Assembly (NCBI GenBank): GCA_049515895.1
Contig: JBEKTQ010000014.1
Span: 1 to 64,000 of the forward strand
DNA from: Candidatus Bathyarchaeia archaeon
GTDB taxonomy: Archaea; Thermoproteota; Bathyarchaeia; Bathyarchaeales; Bathycorpusculaceae
Direction of reading: 5' to 3'
Length of the DNA stretch: 64,000 bases
Numbering within the stretch: position 1 is the stretch's first letter; every line of letters starts with the position of its first letter. Positions 40,102 to 49,706 of the stretch are shown piece after piece. The notes under the pieces are model-generated. The model had not been told where the DNA came from, made no database searches, and saw nothing but the letters and a program-made list of their open reading frames with translations. A program made the translations under genes and the position numbers.

Positions 40102-41408
40102 TTTGTACATGTTGCGGTTTTGAAATTCAAGGTCAAACTCACCAAATCGAAAATGGAGAAAAACAAGTTTGTGACAAATGTTGGAATAATCCTTCTTTCT
40201 TTTTTTCTGAAAAAGCAAAGACGGACACTCGTTTCAAACTGCTTTCCGAAATTGCTGTACAAAATCAAAACAGCCCAAAAACAATCGAAATAAGTGTTCT
40301 AAAATTATCTCAGAAAAACATTGATCTTTACATTGGAAAAATGAAATCCAAGGATATATTGCAACTCTACGAAGTTGACAAGTTTAAAGATGAGGAACTT
40401 GAAGGCTATCAACGTGAACAATATGAAGAAAGGACATCAGAACTAATAGAATACCTTACTGAATGTCCCATTGCCGTAATGCCAAGCCTCTTTGTCAGTC
40501 TGAGGAATGCGAAATTTGTAGCATCGAAAGACGATTTTGGTATTCTCCGAATTCCAAAGGTCAGAGGTGCAATTTGGATAATCGACGGTCAACATAGAGT
40601 AGGAGGATTTGAAAAGCTTTATCAGAAGTTTACTTATCAGCGAAAACCAAATGAAATTTCGACCGAAACATTTGCAACACTCATGGATTATGAACTCCCA
40701 ATAGTTTTCATAGATACGCAAAAAGCAGCAGTAAAAACGAATACCTTGAAAATGGGAAAAAGCGAAATAATGCCAGAAGACCTTGAGAGGGCAATATTTT
40801 TTGTTGTCAACAAGACTCAGAAAGGAATTAGCTCTTCGCTAAAAGATGCGTTACTTTACCGCCTGAATGTTAGCGGAATTGATGGAATTCCAGCTTTAAG
40901 AAAAGAAAAGTGGAGAATTCAAGCTGCACACGTTGGTATTTCTTTAAATCGAGAGCTTGATTCACCTCTTAAAGGTTTGATTAATATTGGTGGAAAAGCG
41001 GGAACAAGAAAGCCAATCCAGTTGAACTCTTTTGTTTCCTCCTTAGAACTGCTTTTCAACGACAAGAATTTTGCGAAATTGGAATATAACAAGCAAGTCC
41101 AGTTTTTAAAATTCTATTGGGAATCCCTGAGAAAAAATGTTCCTCAAGCATTCGATTTAGCATCTTGGAGAGATTATATGCTTCTAAAAGCTATTGGAGT
41201 TTATTGTGTTCATTGGCTTGCGTTAGATGTCTTCAACATCTGCTTAACGAACGAACAGCGTTTTGATGAGCAGGAGACTTTAGATAAAATTGTTAGCAAG
41301 ATGAGTGATTTTGACTGGAAAACACAAACGTCGCTATTGTCAACATTGGGCGGTCTCAAAGGTGCTAAGCGGGGCTACGAGAAAATCAAACTTTGTTTAA
41401 CAACCTGA
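40098..41408 (+). CDS. DGQHR (DndB-like) protein with N-terminal Zn finger
   Basis: YQR, IDGQHR, FFVVNKTQK; CTCC..CDKC; 4-bp overlap with the radical SAM gene. Confidence 0.9.
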   Translation: MICTCCGFEIQGQTHQIENGEKQVCDKCWNNPSFFFSEKAKTDTRFKLLSEIAVQNQNSPKTIEISVLKLSQKNIDLYIGKMKSKDILQLYEVDKFKDEELEGYQREQYEERTSELIEYLTECPIAVMPSLFVSLRNAKFVASKDDFGILRIPKVRGAIWIIDGQHRVGGFEKLYQKFTYQRKPNEISTETFATLMDYELPIVFIDTQKAAVKTNTLKMGKSEIMPEDLERAIFFVVNKTQKGISSSLKDALLYRLNVSGIDGIPALRKEKWRIQAAHVGISLNRELDSPLKGLINIGGKAGTRKPIQLNSFVSSLELLFNDKNFAKLEYNKQVQFLKFYWESLRKNVPQAFDLASWRDYMLLKAIGVYCVHWLALDVFNICLTNEQRFDEQETLDKIVSKMSDFDWKTQTSLLSTLGGLKGAKRGYEKIKLCLTT

Positions 41409-41511
41409 CAACCTAAAATCCTCTTTCTTTTCAGAAAACTGGTAACACATAATAGATGTTATATATCAAGTCTGCCAACTGTTAGACAACCGCGAGGTTA
41501 CGACCTAAGAA

Positions 41512-43614
41512 ATGAGCCTGAAGGGTCTTTCTCTTAAGAAATCTTACAATTCAGATACCGACAATATCCTTCAAGATTTCTACATTCGATCTCTTTCCGT
41601 TTCAATAGAATATAAAAGACTAACAGGTTTCTTCTCGTCAACGACCCTCGCTTTAGCGGCAAAGGGGATGACTGCCTTTATTCGTAATGGCGGGACGATG
41701 AAACTGGTTACAGGTGCACGTTTTCAAGAAGCAGATATTCGAGCAATAAAAGAATCCCTTGAATCTCCTGAAGAAATTTTGAAAGAAGAAATGTTAAAAG
41801 AGCTTAACACTCTCGAAGACAAATTCATAAAGGATCATGTACGTGCTTTAGGTTGGATGATTGTTAACAAGCGATTAAAAATAAAAGTTGCAATAGTCCT
41901 CTCAGATGATGGGTATCCTCTTGAGTCGAGAAAAGTGGAGAAACAAGGTATATTCCATCAAAAAGTGGGAATATTGGAAGATTTTGAAGGAGATATGGTT
42001 TCTTTCAGCGGTTCAGACAACGAAAGTGCACACGGTTGGCAAAAAAACATTGAAGAATTCAAAGTTTTCAGAAGCTGGGAAACAGGTGAGTCGGAGTACT
42101 TTCAATCCGATTTGGAAAAATTCAATCGGTTCTGGGATGGAAACGCTATCAGAACAAAAATCATCGACATCCCAAAAGCAATTGAGGAGAAGCTTATCCA
42201 AATTGCTCCTAAAAACTTTGAAGAATTAGACTTAGAGCAACCTGAAGTAGTTCAAAGTAACGTTGCTGAACCTAAACTTAGACCTTATCAAGTAAAGGCA
42301 GTCGGGGATTGGATAAACAATGGCTACTATGGAATTTTTGAAATGGCTACAGGAACAGGCAAGACCTTCACCGCATTAGCATGCATGGATACACTGATGA
42401 AAAAAGAAAACAAAATAGTCACAGTAATCAGTGCACCTTACAATCATCTATGCGAGCAATGGATAGCTGAAACTGACAAATTCGGCATCAAGACCGTTAA
42501 ATTAGTCTGCGATTCCACTGAACCTCATTGGAAGGACAAACTAGTCGATAACCTGATTGACCTTGAAAATGGAGTGATTGAAAACCTGACGATTTACACT
42601 ACTCATAACACATTTTCTTCAACGGATTTTACGGAAATAGTTAGAGAAAACAAGTTAGATAACGCTAATCTGAAGTTCTTTCTTATTGTCGATGAGGTGC
42701 ATGGAATAGGAGCACCAATTAGGCGTAATGGGCTTATTGACGAATACGATTTTCGATTAGGACTCAGTGCTACTCCGAAAAGATGGTTTGATTACGAGGG
42801 AACTGATAGAATATTTGATTACTTTAAAGATGTAGTCTTTAGTTTTCCGTTGAAAGATGCCATTCAAGCTGGTTTTCTAACACCATATGTGTACAAACCA
42901 TTTTTTGCATTTTTAACAGAAAAAGAAATGAAAAGTTATGAAGAGGAGACTCGTAAAGTCTCAAGAGCATATTATGCTTCGAGGAATGACGTTGAAAGAG
43001 ACGAGGCTTATACTCTACTATGTATAAAACGACAACGTATCGTTCGAAATGCTGAAAACAAGCTGATTGAGTTCCAAAAAATATTGGATAAAATTGGTTC
43101 TTTGCAAAATTGCCTAATTTACAGTTCACCCCAGCAAATCAAGATTGTCCAAGAAACTTTAAACAAAAGAAATATCATTCAACACAAGTTCACACAGCAG
43201 GAAGGTACAAAACCTGAAAGTAAGTTTGAAGGACTTTCCGAGAGAGATTTTCTAATCAAAAGATTTTCAGAGGGGTTCTATCAGGCATTAGTCTCTATGA
43301 AGTGCCTTGATGAAGGAGTCGATGTACCTCCAGCTCGGGTTGCAATTATCTTAGATAACTCAGGTAATCCACGAGAGTACATTCAACGAAGAGGGCGAGT
43401 CTTGCGTCTTTTTCCTGGAAAGTCAATAGCTACAATTTACGATATAATTGTTGAGCCGAGATTAAATAACGCAACCCCAATTGAACTTAAGGAACTTGAA
43501 AAAAAGATAGTTTTAAAAGAACTTCAGAGATACAGAGACTTCGCTGAATCCTCCAATAATGTTGACGAATGCTTGAGGACGTTAAATGAAATAGAAGCAG
43601 CATATGGCATTTGA
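41512..43614 (+). CDS. PLD + SF2 helicase, PbeA-like
   Basis: FHQKVG..GSDNES; ATGTGKT, DEVH, SAT, LDEGVDVP, QRRGRVLR. Confidence 0.85.
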   Translation: MSLKGLSLKKSYNSDTDNILQDFYIRSLSVSIEYKRLTGFFSSTTLALAAKGMTAFIRNGGTMKLVTGARFQEADIRAIKESLESPEEILKEEMLKELNTLEDKFIKDHVRALGWMIVNKRLKIKVAIVLSDDGYPLESRKVEKQGIFHQKVGILEDFEGDMVSFSGSDNESAHGWQKNIEEFKVFRSWETGESEYFQSDLEKFNRFWDGNAIRTKIIDIPKAIEEKLIQIAPKNFEELDLEQPEVVQSNVAEPKLRPYQVKAVGDWINNGYYGIFEMATGTGKTFTALACMDTLMKKENKIVTVISAPYNHLCEQWIAETDKFGIKTVKLVCDSTEPHWKDKLVDNLIDLENGVIENLTIYTTHNTFSSTDFTEIVRENKLDNANLKFFLIVDEVHGIGAPIRRNGLIDEYDFRLGLSATPKRWFDYEGTDRIFDYFKDVVFSFPLKDAIQAGFLTPYVYKPFFAFLTEKEMKSYEEETRKVSRAYYASRNDVERDEAYTLLCIKRQRIVRNAENKLIEFQKILDKIGSLQNCLIYSSPQQIKIVQETLNKRNIIQHKFTQQEGTKPESKFEGLSERDFLIKRFSEGFYQALVSMKCLDEGVDVPPARVAIILDNSGNPREYIQRRGRVLRLFPGKSIATIYDIIVEPRLNNATPIELKELEKKIVLKELQRYRDFAESSNNVDECLRTLNEIEAAYGI

Positions 43615-43629
43615 TAAGAGAGAGAGAAA

Positions 43630-43827
43630 ATGTCGTCAGTAAATAGAAAGATAATAAACCAAATTGAAAATAGCGACTACACGCCTGAAATCAAAGAACT
43701 GCTAAACTCCTTACTACAAATAGAAGCCAGAATCGCCGAAGACAAGAAACCTCACTATTCGGAAGATTATGACAGAGTGATAAAAAACCTTGCCAAGAAA
43801 CGAGGGTATCGGGAGGATGAAGAGTGA
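43630..43827 (+). CDS. small protein, PbeB-like
   Basis: 65 aa, between the helicase and the SMC-like ATPase; overlaps the next gene. Confidence 0.7.
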   Translation: MSSVNRKIINQIENSDYTPEIKELLNSLLQIEARIAEDKKPHYSEDYDRVIKNLAKKRGYREDEE

Positions 43828-45812
43828 ATCTCGACTATCTTCAAATGAAAAATTTCCGACAATATCAGGACGCTCGAATAGAGTTCTCTCAATCTCCAAC
43901 AAGAAATTTCACAATTATTCAAGGGGTAATGGGGGCTGGAAAAACTAACATTCTAAATGCTGTAACTTGGTGTCTCTTTGGAGACGAGAAACACATTGAT
44001 AAGAAATACAAAGGGCTTCCAATTGTTAATACTTCAGCCCTTTCAAAATGCGAGGGAAAAGTTTGCGAAGTCAAAGTTGAACTGCAAATTATTCAGAGCG
44101 ATGGAAAGCGAATTAGAGTAACCAGATGTGAGAATTGGAGAGAGCAAAACAGTAACTTATCAAAAATTAGTATGCAACATGACTTTTCTATAATGAGAGA
44201 AACTGGAAGGGATTGGGTTGGACCAATTTATGGGGATGATGCGCAATATATCGTTGATAGCCTAATTCCTCCTTCGATTGAGGAATACTTCTTTTTTGAC
44301 GGCGAACGAATGAATGATTACTTCAGGGAAAATACTGGTAAGGACATCAAAAGTGCAGTTTTTAAAATTTCTCAATTAGAACTTTGCGAATCGCTAATTT
44401 CACACCTATCGGCAAGAAGAAGTGAGTATCTAAGACTATCAAGAGGACTAAGCTCGAAAGCAAATGATATTAAAATGATTGTTGAAACCCTCGAGAAGTC
44501 GCAAGAATCAGACAAAGAACGTTTGAAAGAACTATTGAGAGATCAAGCAGAAGCACAACGAATAGAAAAAGAATACAGTGATAAGCTACGAAATTCATCG
44601 CTTGAAAGAATTGAGAGCTTAGAAGAACGCCGAGTTGGTTTGGAAGACGATTTAGAGCGTATCGCTGATGACATCGAGGAACTAGAAAAAGAGAAAGTGC
44701 AATTCCTTCATAAGAATATGCCAATAATCTTTGCTTTTGATGCCCTTACAAAAACTAAATCGCTGATAGAAGGGCGAAAAGAAGCTGGAATGATACCTCC
44801 GCCAGTTAAGACAGTTTTTATCGACAGCTTACTTAAAAAAGGAAAATGCATTTGCGGAAGTGACATAACCGCCAAAGACGAGCTTTCTTGCACAAGAAGA
44901 AAAAGAGTTGAGGCTTTTCTAAGGCAAAGTGAATTGTCGGAAATGAGCAATGACCTAATCAACTGCAATGTTCAGATTCAAGCTATGATTGACCAAGTCA
45001 AAGTTTTTCCAGATACTTCAGTACAGTTAGGTAAAAGATTAAGAGAACTCCAAACACTTAAGGACACAAAAAACACGGACGTTGAAAAAATAAAGGTAGA
45101 AATTTCGCAAAGCAATGCGGAGAATATTAAAGAATGGGGAAAAGAAAGAGACAAATATAATGAGAAAAAAATCAAAATAGGAAATGAAGCGGCCATTCTC
45201 AATAGTACCATTGGCAGACGTGACAACATAATTAGAGCAAGAACGAGTGAATTTACAAGGGAACTGAAGAAAGAGGCAAGGCACAACTCCCTTGTTAGTC
45301 TAATGACTTTTTGTGAAGAAGGAATACATGCCGCACAAGAAGTCAGAGATGCTATTATGAAAAATGTCAAAGATGAGATATGTAAGAAAACAAGTGAGCA
45401 ATTTCTCTCACTGATTTGGAAAAAAGGAACCTACAATGGCGTTGTAATTGATGATGACTACAATATCTCAGTGCCCCATGTCTCTGGGCGAGAAGGGCTG
45501 GGAACACTTTCGGCTGGGGAACGGCAAGTTTGTGCCTTATCATTCATGGCGGCGTTGAATAGCGTTTCTGGTTTTGACGTTCCAATCATAATAGACACAC
45601 CTTTAGCAAGAATATCTAATGAACCGACAAGAAGCATTGCTGAGAATCTTCCTAATTATCTGCCTAACAAACAAGTTTCATTGCTAGTAACAGACAAGGA
45701 GTATACCCCTGAAGTAAAAGAAACCTTAAGCAAAGTAGTCGGTAAAACATACATAATAAATTTCATAGAAAAAGACTATGGTGGTTTATCGGAGCTGGTG
45801 TTTCAATCATGA
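43824..45812 (+). CDS. DndD/SMC-like ABC ATPase with CxC hook, PbeC-like
   Basis: NFRQY, GVMGAGKT, FFFDGE, coiled coil with CICG, LSAGE, IIDTP. Confidence 0.88.
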   Translation: MNLDYLQMKNFRQYQDARIEFSQSPTRNFTIIQGVMGAGKTNILNAVTWCLFGDEKHIDKKYKGLPIVNTSALSKCEGKVCEVKVELQIIQSDGKRIRVTRCENWREQNSNLSKISMQHDFSIMRETGRDWVGPIYGDDAQYIVDSLIPPSIEEYFFFDGERMNDYFRENTGKDIKSAVFKISQLELCESLISHLSARRSEYLRLSRGLSSKANDIKMIVETLEKSQESDKERLKELLRDQAEAQRIEKEYSDKLRNSSLERIESLEERRVGLEDDLERIADDIEELEKEKVQFLHKNMPIIFAFDALTKTKSLIEGRKEAGMIPPPVKTVFIDSLLKKGKCICGSDITAKDELSCTRRKRVEAFLRQSELSEMSNDLINCNVQIQAMIDQVKVFPDTSVQLGKRLRELQTLKDTKNTDVEKIKVEISQSNAENIKEWGKERDKYNEKKIKIGNEAAILNSTIGRRDNIIRARTSEFTRELKKEARHNSLVSLMTFCEEGIHAAQEVRDAIMKNVKDEICKKTSEQFLSLIWKKGTYNGVVIDDDYNISVPHVSGREGLGTLSAGERQVCALSFMAALNSVSGFDVPIIIDTPLARISNEPTRSIAENLPNYLPNKQVSLLVTDKEYTPEVKETLSKVVGKTYIINFIEKDYGGLSELVFQS

Positions 45813-46753
45813 GCGAAAGAAAAAAGCCAGACAGATTTTATGTGGAAAAGAAGGATAGAGAAGACTGGAATAGACTCAAAGACAAAGACAGCCCATTTGC
45901 AGGTGCTGACAATAAAGATGTTTTCATAGCTGCAATGATGACAGGTTACTTTGAAAAAGCCGAATTTGAGCTTAAGACTAAAGACGGGTATTTCTTCGCA
46001 GACAATTTAAAGCCGCAGGAAGAGGCAATTGTAAAAGCTATTGCTGTTTCAAAAACTGGAAGTCTGAATGTTCTCCTTGACACTGAGAGAGTTTACGAAA
46101 TTGCTGAGCAGTATGCCACAGGAGGACTAAAAATCCTCAAAAACAAGGTCTTTAGCGGTGAATACGGGTCATACTCCAAAAAACTTGAAGCTGAATTACT
46201 CCGACAGTACACCAAGATTACCCAAAACGTACCTGCTCCTCCGACTGTTGATGAACTTGAAGGAATACCATTAATGGATCTAATTTTAGGAGGAGAAACA
46301 GACAAAGTAGAGCTCAAATCTTCATTCCTATGGGATTACCAAAAAAAGTCATACTCCAAAGAAGTCAAGATCGCTGTGGTTCGAGCAATTGCATCTTTCA
46401 TGAATTCAGAAGGTGGCTTTTTGATTATTGGAGTGGACAATGACCAAAATCCACTTGGATTAGAGCTTGACTGGACGCAATGTCAGAACAGTTTTGATGT
46501 GTGGAAGCAGACTCTTGCTAACGCTATAAACACTTACCTTGGAAGAATTAACAACATTCTTGTGACTAGCCGTAAAGAGAAATTTGAAGATAAAGACGTT
46601 GTAATACTGAGGATAAAGAAATCGCCACACCCTGTATATCTAACCTACGAAGACAAAAAACAGGATTTCTTCATACGGGGAGATGGTACGTCTCAGCAAT
46701 TGAGCATGAGCGATACAACTCAATATGTGCAGGAACATTGGAAAGATCAGTAG
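45809..46753 (+). CDS. DndE/PbeD-like N-domain fused to a Schlafen/AlbA_2 domain
   Basis: NKDVFIAAM..AEQYATGG; ETDKVELKSS..ASFMNSEGG..IGVDN. Confidence 0.75.
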   Translation: MSERKKPDRFYVEKKDREDWNRLKDKDSPFAGADNKDVFIAAMMTGYFEKAEFELKTKDGYFFADNLKPQEEAIVKAIAVSKTGSLNVLLDTERVYEIAEQYATGGLKILKNKVFSGEYGSYSKKLEAELLRQYTKITQNVPAPPTVDELEGIPLMDLILGGETDKVELKSSFLWDYQKKSYSKEVKIAVVRAIASFMNSEGGFLIIGVDNDQNPLGLELDWTQCQNSFDVWKQTLANAINTYLGRINNILVTSRKEKFEDKDVVILRIKKSPHPVYLTYEDKKQDFFIRGDGTSQQLSMSDTTQYVQEHWKDQ

Positions 46754-46879
46754 CTGATCAAGTTGTTTATCGAGAATGAGCGATTCCCTTATTCTTATTC
46801 TTAAGACAAGGCTTGCTTAGCAGGGATAAAAGCTTAAAAACGCTTCAAGGTTAAAGGGAATAACTCTCGACAACTGGCT

Positions 46880-47605
46880 TTGATCTCCTTGAATAACTTC
46901 AAACCTGAAGACAAAGTGTTTCTAGCTGTCTTTGTTCTATTATTTGGGATTGTAATTCTCAATATTGCCACTGGCTACTTGGGCTTTCTGTTCCAATCCC
47001 CTTCTGGAGTGACTTCACCATTTGCAATAATATCGAGTGCTTCAATATTGTTCTGCTTTATTCTCTGGGGATTTGTAAAATTGACCAGAAACCAACTCAG
47101 AGATAAAAAACTCGGAGTTAAGGGCATTTCAAGCCTAATGTATGTTAAAACTGCGAAAATAATCGGTTTAAGAAAGCCATCGCTCCGCGGTTCAGTATTT
47201 ATTATAGGTTGCCTGATTGTCGGTGTTTTTGTGAATCTGTTTACTTTGTTGATTCTTGCGAGATTAGGTCTTGGTACACTTTACCGTGTAACTAACCCAA
47301 CTCTTTACACTTATGTTTCAAACCTTGTAGTTCCACCTATTTTTGAAGAGTTCATCTACAGAGGGATTTACCTAGGAGTATTCTTGAAACTGTTCGGAAG
47401 CAGCCCAAAATTCGCAATTATTGGTCTTATAATGTCCTCCTTTACCTTTGCATGGATTCACCCTTCGGAACCATTTGTTAAGTTGGTTGGAGGTTTCTTA
47501 TTAGGTTCTGTTTATTTGGTTCGTTGGAAGAAGAACATTGTCGCTTGTTCAGCAACGCATTTCGGGTTTAACTTGATTGGAACTTTCCTATTGTTAGTGA
47601 TTTGA
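46880..47605 (+). CDS. CPBP (CAAX/Abi) intramembrane metalloprotease
   Basis: EEFIYRG, FAWIH, HFGFN. Confidence 0.85.
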   Translation: MISLNNFKPEDKVFLAVFVLLFGIVILNIATGYLGFLFQSPSGVTSPFAIISSASILFCFILWGFVKLTRNQLRDKKLGVKGISSLMYVKTAKIIGLRKPSLRGSVFIIGCLIVGVFVNLFTLLILARLGLGTLYRVTNPTLYTYVSNLVVPPIFEEFIYRGIYLGVFLKLFGSSPKFAIIGLIMSSFTFAWIHPSEPFVKLVGGFLLGSVYLVRWKKNIVACSATHFGFNLIGTFLLLVI

Positions 47606-47654
47606 ATTCATGCAGAGTTGTTTGGGTTCATGAGTTTAAGGTTGTAAAATAGCT

Positions 47655-48122
47655 TCACAAAGAAGAAAGAAGCGTATAAACAGTTAAGGCAATGATTATG
47701 GAATAGAGTGCAATAAACATTATCGGACACCATTTTTCAGTAGAAGCTAAACCTTTACGCTTTCCCGAATAGTTTCTTTCTTCAAATTTGAACACGCTTG
47801 CTGGCATCGATTGCTCAAGTTCATGAATTACTTTAAACTTAGCTGCGTTCAACTCTTTGTAAGATGCTATACTTTGAATCCAAACCACAGAGATTATTAT
47901 TCCCATCACCGACAAAAGGATAAAGACAGCATGTTGATTAATAATTGTTAGATATCCAGCTATACCCAAAACGATTGAGCTTAGAGTAAGATAGAACTTG
48001 TTTGATTCAAGCCTTTTTGAAGTCACATCAAGAGAGGTTTCCACATAGAGTTTGTACTGTTCAAGCAAATGCTCCTGAAGGTGTTCTCCATAGTTTTTGT
48101 TTATGAGTTCATCGCTTGCCAA
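47655..48122 (-). CDS. small multi-TM putative pore effector
   Basis: LLEQYKLYVE..R..N.FYL, 2 TM, W..Y..LN.AKF.VI..LE, third TM. Confidence 0.7.
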   Translation of the reverse strand: MASDELINKNYGEHLQEHLLEQYKLYVETSLDVTSKRLESNKFYLTLSSIVLGIAGYLTIINQHAVFILLSVMGIIISVVWIQSIASYKELNAAKFKVIHELEQSMPASVFKFEERNYSGKRKGLASTEKWCPIMFIALYSIIIALTVYTLLSSL

Positions 48123-48602
48123 CTAGTCATTCTCCAACTCATTCTGTATTGCGTTTAAGTCCCAATTTATGACCTTCGCATGGTTGTCTTTGCATGGTTG
48201 AGGAATCTTGTGGTTTTCATCTCGATAAATTCTAACGCAGACAACCTTTTTGTTTAGTTCATAGGCTTTGTTGATTTCCCAATTAACTGCTTCTCTTTGG
48301 TGAGTTTCAGGTCCGACCATAACAATGACAACAGAAGTGCGATTAATTCGATCAGTACATTGTGTTTTCCACTTTTCGTCGAAAGGTTCTTTGACAGAAT
48401 AGTCTGTGAATTGAATGTCTGATTGTTCATCTTTGGCTTGCTGCCTCAACAGGTTGACTTGCGCTTCATCTTCAACATGAAAGCTAATGAAAACTCGGGG
48501 TTTAGGGGTTCTTTCGTTATGGTCAGCATAGTCGTCCAATGTTTTGCTTTTTCCTGATGAAGATACGTGTGATTTTCGGAAACCACGACCTCCTCCACCC
48601 AT
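48123..48602 (-). CDS. ThsB/MTH538-like TIR domain with Gly-rich leader
   Basis: RVFISF, FTDYS, VIVMVG, VNWEI (catalytic Glu); N-terminus MGGGGRG. Confidence 0.85.
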   Translation of the reverse strand: MGGGGRGFRKSHVSSSGKSKTLDDYADHNERTPKPRVFISFHVEDEAQVNLLRQQAKDEQSDIQFTDYSVKEPFDEKWKTQCTDRINRTSVVIVMVGPETHQREAVNWEINKAYELNKKVVCVRIYRDENHKIPQPCKDNHAKVINWDLNAIQNELEND

Positions 48603-48603
48603 G

Positions 48604-49416
48604 TCAGTTCCCCTCCAGTAATGTCTTCTGTAGCCTCAAGTTCTTTATGTTGTTGCAAAGCTGCGCAAAGTTTTCTGTTATTACTTGTGCGTTGTAGCCC
48701 CCAGTGTATTTAGTCTGTTTTGTTCCAACAAATTTCCATCCATTTAATGCAGCAACGAAATGGGCGGAAGTTACAAATCTATCAGCAAATGAATACTCTT
48801 GTAGCCTTTTTTGAGAACTGAATCCATACAAGATTAGTTTTTCAGCATTCTTACGTATTGCCAACGAAAGCGTTCTAGCTTGTCTAATCATTGACCGATT
48901 TCCATTCCTGAAGAAGTCGGATATGTGAAAAACGAATTCATCTATTCCATAAGACTTCAACTGTTTAAGGTGGTTTACCACTTGAGTTTCTGAACAGCCC
49001 TTGACTAAACCAATTGGTTTAACATTGGGAACGAGAGAAAGTAATTCTTCATTTTCCCTATGAATTCTTTTAAGCTCCTGTGAAGAAACAAGAAACTCAC
49101 CATCATAGGTTTCACCGTCAACGGTTGTAAAGGAATCTGGATGCAACGAGTTTATTGCTGTAGCATAGTTTGTAGGCTTAAGGTTTGCAATTAGCCCATC
49201 TTTCATTATTAATGAAAGAACAATCTGACCATTGAAATTCAAGAATTTGCGTAAGCCACCAGCAGACTCTATTTGCTTGAATGTTCCGTTAAACTGAAAC
49301 GAGGTTTTGGAAATCAAGTCCTGAAATCGAACTACAACAAGGTCGAGAGGAACAACTTTGAGAACCCCAAAAGTTTCCTTTGTGTCGAGCCTAATTATAG
49401 GACTTAGTGTTACCAT
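48604..49416 (-). CDS. divergent tRNA-guanine transglycosylase (TGT)-like/DUF4417-like TIM-barrel protein
   Basis: GGLRKFLNFNGQI resembles TGT GGLHKFMNWDGPI; TTVD; IGLVKG; LYG; no DSGG. Confidence 0.55.
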   Translation of the reverse strand: MVTLSPIIRLDTKETFGVLKVVPLDLVVVRFQDLISKTSFQFNGTFKQIESAGGLRKFLNFNGQIVLSLIMKDGLIANLKPTNYATAINSLHPDSFTTVDGETYDGEFLVSSQELKRIHRENEELLSLVPNVKPIGLVKGCSETQVVNHLKQLKSYGIDEFVFHISDFFRNGNRSMIRQARTLSLAIRKNAEKLILYGFSSQKRLQEYSFADRFVTSAHFVAALNGWKFVGTKQTKYTGGYNAQVITENFAQLCNNIKNLRLQKTLLEGN

Positions 49417-49706
49417 TTTAAAGGAATAATAGAGTTTAGCGCATACTTAGCTTTATTTGACATGTTTTTGATAAATGAATGATAATTGTGCTGCAAACGC
49501 TGGGCAGAGAGTGGAAAGCAGCCGATTTATCAGATTAAGCATATTTTTGGTAGACAAAGAGCATATTTGGTCGAAGACTCTGGTGGAAGTCTTCATTGTG
49601 GTTGCCTCACTATGTGGACAACACATTCCATTGTTACTCTGCTTTTTCTATTGGGAAGCCAAAACTTAAAACTGCTTCTTGCTTAATACCACTTTACGGT
49701 GTCTTT

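Noticed and set aside
43824-45812. Housekeeping Rad50/SMC or a canonical dnd operon
   Set aside because: No Mre11/HerA/NurA and no dndC; context fits PbeC-like
48123-48602. Canonical Thoeris
   Set aside because: No SIR2-SLOG or Macro-domain ThsA nearby
48604-49416. Housekeeping archaeosine TGT or a complete dpd cluster
   Set aside because: Lacks DSGG, the Zn site and the PUA domain; no queCDE/folE or dpdBC genes adjacent
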